A stretch of DNA of 64,000 nucleotides, from NCBI GenBank assembly GCA_963724345.1, contig CAVRUI010000002.1, forward strand, positions 257 to 64,256, read 5' to 3'. A model generated the notes under the pieces. That model ran no database searches. It worked only from the letters and a program-made list of their open reading frames with translations, and was not told the DNA's origin. The stretch is from an uncultured Chloroflexia bacterium. Its GTDB lineage: Bacteria; Chloroflexota; Anaerolineae; Anaerolineales; RBG-16-64-43. Shown in pieces: positions 58,331-64,000 of this stretch; positions within the stretch are counted from its first letter, which is position 1; each line of letters opens with the position of its first letter. Both the position numbers and the translations under genes were made by a program.

Positions 58331-59191
58331 TTATCCCTTCCCCATTACGGCTTTCAGCCTTCGCACGAGCGGTTCCTTCAACAGAGCCGTCTGGCCGCGG
58401 CGGTAGGGGATCGTGTTCCAGTTGCGGACGTCGAAGGGGAGTTCGGAAAGCGGGGTGGAGCAGATGTGGACGGTGGGCTTCTTGAGCGCGTGCGCGTACC
58501 CGGCTTCGTAGAGCACGTTGGGCTTGGCTTCCGAAAGATCGACGATCACCGCCACGCTCGAAGTGATCAGGCGTTTGATCTCCGCGACGATATCGTCCGA
58601 GAATTCCTTGAGGTCCACCCGTTTGCACTCGGCGCCGACCTGCTCGGCGGCGTGCGACATCGCGATGAAGTAGGTGTCGTCGTACTCGCTGGCGAACGGC
58701 ATCGCGGCGAAGATCATCCGCTTCGAAGAGGCCGGCTCGGGCGCGGGCCGCGGCGCGCGGCGCGGGGGAATTCGCGCGCCTTCCGCGCCAACCCGCGCTT
58801 TCCCCTTGGCGGGTTCCGGCCGGGGCGCGGTGGGGACGGCGGGCTGGCCTTCCTGCGGCTGGTGGAACATTTTCTGGAGCGTGGGCACGACCGCGTCCAT
58901 TTTGACGACGCCCCGGCGCTTGTAATTTTTCTTCAGATCCGGCATCACGATCAGCGCCTGGTCCGCGCCGGTGGCCTTTTTATACAGCTGGACCTGGTGG
59001 AAAGCGCGGGCGGTGTTGCCGCCGCGCGGATCCCACATCTTCACCTCCAGGACGATTTTTTCCCCGTGCGGGCCGGTGACGATGAAATCCGGACGCAGGC
59101 CGCCGATCGACGGCTGGCGCCGGTAGGCGATGTGCGCATCCCGCAGGATGTTTTCCAGCTGGTTTTCAAATTTTTTTGTGCACATGCGCAA
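58331..59191 (-). CDS. two-domain protein: N-terminal PD-(D/E)xK nuclease-like domain, proline-rich linker, C-terminal TIR/nucleoside 2-deoxyribosyltransferase-like domain
   Basis: GGLRPDFIVTGPHGEKIVLEVK (D ... E-x-K); linker PQEGQPAVPTAPRPEPAKGK...PRPAPEP; C-terminal MIFAAMPF...VAVIVDLSEAKPNVLYEAGYAHALKKPTVHI...LPFDV. Domain calls rest on motif recognition only. Confidence 0.6.
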   Translation of the reverse strand: MRMCTKKFENQLENILRDAHIAYRRQPSIGGLRPDFIVTGPHGEKIVLEVKMWDPRGGNTARAFHQVQLYKKATGADQALIVMPDLKKNYKRRGVVKMDAVVPTLQKMFHQPQEGQPAVPTAPRPEPAKGKARVGAEGARIPPRRAPRPAPEPASSKRMIFAAMPFASEYDDTYFIAMSHAAEQVGAECKRVDLKEFSDDIVAEIKRLITSSVAVIVDLSEAKPNVLYEAGYAHALKKPTVHICSTPLSELPFDVRNWNTIPYRRGQTALLKEPLVRRLKAVMGKG

Positions 59192-59223
59192 TCTCCATGG
59201 TTCACAAGCACACAGGAAAAATT

Positions 59224-59296
59224 CTCACCGCAGAGACGCAGAGGACGCAGAGAAATTATTATAAAAAAATCTCTGCGACCTCTGCGTCTCTGCGGT
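59224..59296. repeat. word-hairpin repeat, family C
   Basis: ctcaccgcagagacgcagaggacgcagag is opposed by ctctgcgacctctgcgtctctgcggt around aaattattataaaaaaat. Confidence 0.85.
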
Positions 59297-59315
59297 CAGA
59301 GGGCGGGTTTTGTCT

Positions 59316-59850
59316 TTACGGCCATGAGACGTAGACGACTCCCAGCGCGAGGCGGTCGCCCGCCTGCACCCGGATCAGGCGCGCGGCGGGATCGTCCGGC
59401 CCAACCTCCGCCGGGCACCAGTTGTAGGGAGCCGAGACGATCAGGAAATAACTCCCCGGCGGCACGTTGGTGAAGGCGAAGTTGCCGTAGGCATCCGAAC
59501 GCCCGGTGATATCCCCGCGGGCCGGATCCGGCCCGGCCAGGAAGGACGGCATCGCATCGCGGTTATCGCCCCCGGCCGGAGTCAGATAGAACATCGTCCC
59601 GGAAATGACTTTATGGATCGTGTAGGAATACAGCGCGCCGGAAAGAGAAGACAAGCCCGGGTCCGGCGCGGGCGCGTCGGAGGGCGGCATCGGCGTAAGC
59701 AGGGTCTTGGCGGAGTCGGTCGCGACCGGGCCGAAGTATTCACCATCGGCCGGGTAGGGGCCTTCCCCCGCGGCGGCGGTGGAGGACGCCTGCGCGCAGG
59801 CGGCAAGCGTCGATCCCAGCAGCAGAATTCCAATAAGCGAACGCTGTCAT
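59316..59850 (-). CDS. lipoprotein with carboxypeptidase-regulatory-like beta-sandwich domain; probable frameshift just after the start
   Basis: GRSDAYGNFAFTNVPPGSYFLIV. The in-frame upstream sequence encodes RSLIGILLLGSTLAACAQ (lipobox) but has no start. The ATG at 59850 (TGATG overlap with the upstream stop) is one frame off. Confidence 0.55.
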
Positions 59851-61380
59851 CACGGAAGCGCGCGGGTGAATACGCGGTGGGCCATGAACTGGTCGCCGCT
59901 GACGTTCTTGTAGTAGGTCAGCTGGACGTAGCCGTCGATCGGCTGGCTCGAGCTCTCGATCCGCAGCGACCCTTCCCAGTTGTTGGGCAGGCCGTTCTCG
60001 GCCTCGGCGCTGTCGGTCCCGGTGCCCAGCCGGTGGTTGCGCTGCAGGCTGCTCGCGCCGGGCAGGACCAGGCCGGTGATGATGATCTCATCCGCCGCGT
60101 CGACCACGCCGTCGTGGTTGATGTCGCACGAGGCGACGGGGCAGTTGCCGTTGGTGGCGGGAATGTAGTGCAGGGTCAGGACGGTCGAGGAAGCGCCGAG
60201 GTTGCGGATCCCGACGACGCTCGCGAACCCGTTCGGCAGGACCTTGGCCACCAGCGGGACGAACATCACCCGGTCGGTGCCGCCGGCGCGGACCGCCTCA
60301 TAGGCCGAGGCGCCGATCACGCCGGTCGGGGAATTGTAGTAGCGCATCTGGACGATCGCCGCGAGGGTCGCTCCCGGCGCCTGCACCTCGCACGTCCCGG
60401 CCCAGGCGACCGGGTAGAGTTGCGCGTCGCCGATCGGATTGAAGGAATACGATCCGTTGGTCGCGATGGCGGATGGGATTGGTGAAATCGAGTCCGGCGG
60501 GCGTGTTGCCCCAGATGGTCCGGCAGTGCATCGCCAGCGCGCCGGCCGCGATTTCCGCGCCGCCGATGTTCTGGACGGTGATGACCGTGCTCATGCCGTT
60601 CTCCAGGCGCGAGAAGAAGATCGGCACGATCCACTCCGGGCCAAGCTCCTCCTGCGGGAAGGCGTTGAAGGTCTGGAGGATGTCGGGCCCCTGGAAGAAG
60701 TTGGAGACGACGGTGATTTTCTTCGCGTTCAGCGCGGTGACGACCGCCGAGCCGATCCAGTTATCCGGCAGGTTGGTCTCCGCGGTGAGGTCGTAATAAT
60801 AGGAAACACCGGGCGGAATGGCCGCGACCGTGCGGGTGTAGCTGCCGCTCGAGCCGGTGTTGGGGATCAGGTCGATTGTGACCGTGACCGCCTCGGCGTC
60901 CGCGTTCTGGATGATGATCTGGCTGTTGCCGGTGCCGGAAAGCGTGAAGCGGTTGCGGGCCACGAGCGGGACGTAGTAGACGGAATGCCCCTCGAGGAAG
61001 CCGGTGTAGGCGCCCTGGGTCGGGGTCTGGCCGCGGGCCTGGATCTGGACGATCGCGCCGACCGGCCGGTCGGAGGCGATCACGACCGAGCCGCGCCCGG
61101 GCTGCATGGTCGGATCGAAATACTGTTTGATCTGGATCGAGCCGCCGTTGGGCGGCAGGCTGAAGCTGAGGTTGCCGGCCGAAACGCCCGGCCAGCTCGC
61201 GCCGCTTTCCAGGAGGTAGGAGATCGCGCCGGTGGCGGGATTGTCTTTATCGAGATTGACCAGGGTGAAGTTGGTGCTGAGCTGCTTGGCGGTGGCGGCG
61301 GCGTGCGCCGGGAGCGGCGCGGAAAGCGCGAGCGCGGCCAGAACCGCGGCGGCGGCGAAAAGTGTTTTGCGGTGGATCAT
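59850..61380 (-). CDS. secreted protein built of three homologous beta-rich modules with a DxNxDGxxDxxD calcium-loop motif; frameshift near 60470
   Basis: Signal peptide MIHRKTLFAAAAVLAALALSAPLPAHA. Module ends are YYVPLVARN, WIVPIFFSRL and VMFVPLVAKV. Each is followed by xxIIIQN / VITVQN / VVGIRN strands. CDINHDGVVDAAD is present. Confidence 0.6.
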
Positions 61381-61410
61381 GAGTCTCTCTCCTTCTTAAT
61401 GGCCGGAGGA

Positions 61411-61505
61411 ATAGACAGGATTTACAGGATTTTCTCAGGATTTACAGGATTTGTTTTTTTGTTGAAAAACCGTGTCAATCCTGAAAAATCTTATAAATCC
61501 TATCC
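61411..61505. repeat. word-hairpin repeat, family A
   Basis: atagacaggatttacaggattttctcaggatttacaggattt is opposed by gtcaatcctgaaaaatcttataaatcctat. Confidence 0.8.
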
Positions 61506-61637
61506 AGCGCCCTCCATCCATTCGCTTTTTGTTTCGGTTGAACAAGCATCCGTTCCACGGCCGTTTGGATCTCGGCCGCCTTCTCTATCACCTGCTCTAC
61601 AATATCATACCTGCTTGAAATTTCCCACTTTACACAT

Positions 61638-61762
61638 GTCATCCCTGGAGCCCAGGTCATCCGACCTCCCGCTCGCGATGCTTCGATCGCGAAGACCCCT
61701 CGATCCCATGCATCCTGCTCGGAGCCGATCCTTCGGACGCTCAGACCGCGTCCTCAGGATGA
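61638..61762. repeat. REP-like palindromes (gtcatccctgg / cctcaggatgac family)
   Basis: gtcatccctggagcccaggtcatccgacc ... gcgatgcttcgatcgcgaag ... gtcctcaggatgac. It overlaps the last codons of the GT4 gene. Confidence 0.65.
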
Positions 61763-62930
61763 CACCACTTCCGCATACACATCCAGAATCCGGCGCGCGA
61801 TCACGGGCCAATCGTACCGCCCGCGCACTCCCGCCGCGGCCGCGCGCCCCATCCCGCGGCGCAGATCCGCGCGTTCGATCAAATCCTGCATGGCGGCGGC
61901 CAGCGCCGGCGGATCCTCCGGCGGGACGAGCGTGCCCCAATCCGGATTAAGGACCTCGGGGATTCCGCCGACGCGCGAGGCGACGCAGGGCGTGCCGGAG
62001 GCGAGCGCTTCGAGCATCGCCACGCCCTGGCCTTCTTCGCGCGAGGGCAGGACGAACAACCCGGCCCGCCGCATCCAGCGCGCGACTTCCGCCGGGACAA
62101 GGCTCGCCGGTGAAGCGGACGAAACCGGACGAACCGGACGAAACGGCGAAGCGCTTCCAATTCCATCCGCTGCGGTCCTTCGCCGATCACGACCAGCCGC
62201 CAATCCGGGTGGCGGGGACGGAGGAGCGCGAAAGCTTGGATCAGATCGGCGACTCCCTTGCGTTCGATCAGCGAGCCGGCAAACAGCACGACCGGTTCGC
62301 GTGGATTTCCATTCGGCGCAAACAGCGCGGCATCCACGCCGTTGGGGATCACGGTTATCTTCCGCGGATCGACGCCCTGCGCGGCGGCCTCATCGGCGAG
62401 CGCCCCGCTCAGCGCGATCACCCGGCGCGCGCGGCGCAGCGCGCTGCGCCCGAGTGCGCCGAAGAGCGGCATCCGCATCGCCTTGTACACGTCGCTGCCC
62501 TGCACGGTGCAGATCATCGGCTTGCGGTGGAGCGGCGCGGTGAGGGAGGCCGCGAACGCGGAAAGGGTCCAGTGGGCGTGGATCAGGTCGCAGCCGCGCG
62601 CGAGCCGCGCGATCGCGAGCGCATGCGAAATAAAAAACGGGAACACGGCCAGGCGGCCGAGCTTGCGTTCCTTCCACAACACCGGCAATCCGCCGGGCGT
62701 TTCCAGAAGAAGTTCCCATCGCTCCGGCAGAAGATAGCGCGGCCGGAAAATTTCGATCGCCCTCCAGCATCTCGTGCGTTTTCGCGCCCGCGACTGTGCG
62801 GCGCGACGACGCGCACCTTCGCCCCGAGCGCGGCCAATGCGCGGCAGCCTTCATATATGAAGGTGCCGCGGTAATCTCCTTCCCAGCGCGGGAAGGACGT
62901 GGTGGCGACGAGGATGGCGGGCATGATCAT
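61754..62930 (-). CDS. GT4 family glycosyltransferase, at least three frameshifts (62100-62160 and near 62690-62760)
   Basis: N-terminal MIMPAILVATTSFPRWEGDY; middle DLIHAHWTLSAF, VIPNGVD and GEGPQRMELEAL; C-terminal LFVLPSREEGQGVAMLEALASGTPCVAS (EX7E). Confidence 0.75.
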
Positions 62931-62944
62931 TTTCCACTTTTTGC

Positions 62945-63185
62945 CATCCCATCTCTCCTCCCCCTCGTTCCCCCTCCTCCCTTCCCGTATTACGGGAAGG
63001 GAGGAGGGGGATGTCCCGAGCGCAGCGAGGGACAGGGGGAGGTGGGATGGGATGGTCGCTAGCGTTTGTTCTTCCTTTCCTTCTGTCCTAACCTCCTACC
63101 CCCTGTCCTCCCGGCAAAAACCGCCGGGACGACATCCCCCTCCCTCCTTCCCTTTACAGGGAAGGCGGGAAGGGGAGAGGGGAGG
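62945..63185. repeat. GC-rich REP-like palindromes (ccctcc...ggaggg family, several units)
   Basis: cccctcctcccttcccgtattacgggaagggaggaggggg, gtcccgagcgcagcgagggac and ccctccctccttccctttacagggaaggcgggaagggg. Confidence 0.75.
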
Positions 63186-64000
63186 TCAGCGTTTCCTTTT
63201 CCCTTCCAGCTCCATCCGCCGGGTGCGGAAGAGTTCCTCTTCCAGAATCCGGCGGTTGAATCCGATCAGGTCGGCGACGAGGCCGATGCAGAAGACGACC
63301 ACGCCGACGATCAGGAGGACCGCGGCGAGGATGACCGACTGGACGTGCCCGGCGCCGAAACCGGACGCGGCGAAATACAAATAGCGCACGCTGAGCGCGA
63401 GCCCCGCCAGGAGAAACAAACTGCCGAGGATCGAAAACACGCGCAGCGGGCGGTACATGACGAACGAGCGCAACAGGGTCGCGCCGGAGAATGATAGATA
63501 TTGCAGGATGCCCTTTGCCAGGCGCGAGGGACGGGCGGGCGGATTGGTCCGCACCGGGACGAATTCCACCGCTTCGCGGCGCGCGCCGGCCTGGATCAGC
63601 GTTTCGAGCGTGTAGGAATAGCCGCTCATCACGAGCGTCCGCAGCGCGGCGTCGCGCGAGAAGGCGCGGAAGCCGCTGGCGGCGTCCGGCGTGCGCATCC
63701 CCGCGACCCAGCCGATCAGCGCGCTGCCGAAGCGCTGCAGAAGGCGCTTGCCGGGCGAGAACCATTTGAGCGCGGCGACTCCGCGATCGCCGACGACCAG
63801 CGCGGCGCGGCCGGCGAGGATCGGCGCGATCAGCGCGGGAATATCCTCCGCGAAATATTGATTGTCGGCGTCGGTGTTGACGATGATATCCGCCCCGAGC
63901 GCGAGCGATTCCTCGAGCCCGGCGGCGAACGCGAAGGCCAGCCCGCGGTGGGCGGGAAGCGAGAGGACCTTGGCGCCCGCGTTCTTCGCCACCTGCGCGG
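63186..64000 (-). CDS. GT2 family glycosyltransferase (dolichyl/polyprenyl-phosphate sugar synthase-like) with C-terminal TM helices; 5' end outside window
   Basis: VNTDADNQY (DxD), ASGFRAFSR and two C-terminal TM segments. The ORF runs to the window edge. Confidence 0.8.
   Translation of the reverse strand, partial: AQVAKNAGAKVLSLPAHRGLAFAFAAGLEESLALGADIIVNTDADNQYFAEDIPALIAPILAGRAALVVGDRGVAALKWFSPGKRLLQRFGSALIGWVAGMRTPDAASGFRAFSRDAALRTLVMSGYSYTLETLIQAGARREAVEFVPVRTNPPARPSRLAKGILQYLSFSGATLLRSFVMYRPLRVFSILGSLFLLAGLALSVRYLYFAASGFGAGHVQSVILAAVLLIVGVVVFCIGLVADLIGFNRRILEEELFRTRRMELEGKRKR

Noticed and set aside
346-61505. Possibility that the recurring 20-40 nt repeats are CRISPR arrays.
   Set aside because: The repeats occur as one or two inverted arms per locus, not as regularly spaced direct repeats with unique spacers. 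No cas genes are present.
61475-61660. 61-aa minus-strand ORF in the lower-GC spacer upstream of the GT4 gene.
   Set aside because: No motif, no ribosome-binding site, and it overlaps a family A repeat arm and a REP palindrome. It is probably noncoding.
438-62930. Interpreting the split genes as true pseudogenes or as programmed ribosomal frameshifts.
   Set aside because: There are too many, they hit essential single-copy-type genes, several are in homopolymers, and no slippery-heptamer plus structure context was apparent.

Overview
High-GC bacterial chromosomal segment: hand counts of 100-nt samples give about 62-66% GC. It is gene dense, with about 55 protein genes, two tRNAs (Leu-CAA, Gln-TTG) and one candidate 6S-like small RNA. 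I see no rRNA, CRISPR array, integrase or phage genes. Most content is housekeeping: tkt, tatA, ychF, aspS, miaB, glmU, cdd, an aminotransferase, pepF and an isocitrate/isopropylmalate-type dehydrogenase. Accessory content: a chitin/GlcNAc locus (GH18, GH20, ROK kinase, PIG-L deacetylase, GNAT); a sugar-transferase/formyltransferase/PIG-L operon; cell-wall enzymes; an ABC-2 exporter; a GH36 enzyme; three M42 peptidases with a WD40 lipoprotein; three NBR1-like Ig-domain lipoproteins; GT4/GT2 glycosyltransferases. Two window-wide properties stand out. (1) About two dozen frameshifts split conserved genes, some essential (aspS at about 4 sites, miaB at 2). Several that I localised sit in homopolymers, which I read as assembly or sequencing error rather than decay. 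Affected genes are reported below as single CDS spans. (2) Intergenic space is saturated with short repeats. These are word-like tandem 8-9-mers in inverted arms around A/T-rich cores, plus several GC-rich REP-like palindromes including a 0.9-kb noncoding array at 57413-58330. Most interesting candidates: a PD-(D/E)xK nuclease fused to a TIR/deoxyribosyltransferase-like domain (58331-59191) next to that array; a RAYT-like Y1 transposase homolog with substituted catalytic positions (41483-42025); a class A PBP homolog lacking all catalytic motifs (36554-39409); a CcrM-like orphan N6-adenine methyltransferase (3789-4877). The repeat vocabulary and lipoprotein style remind me of Chloroflexota (Anaerolineae-like) metagenome assemblies, but that is an impression I cannot test here.
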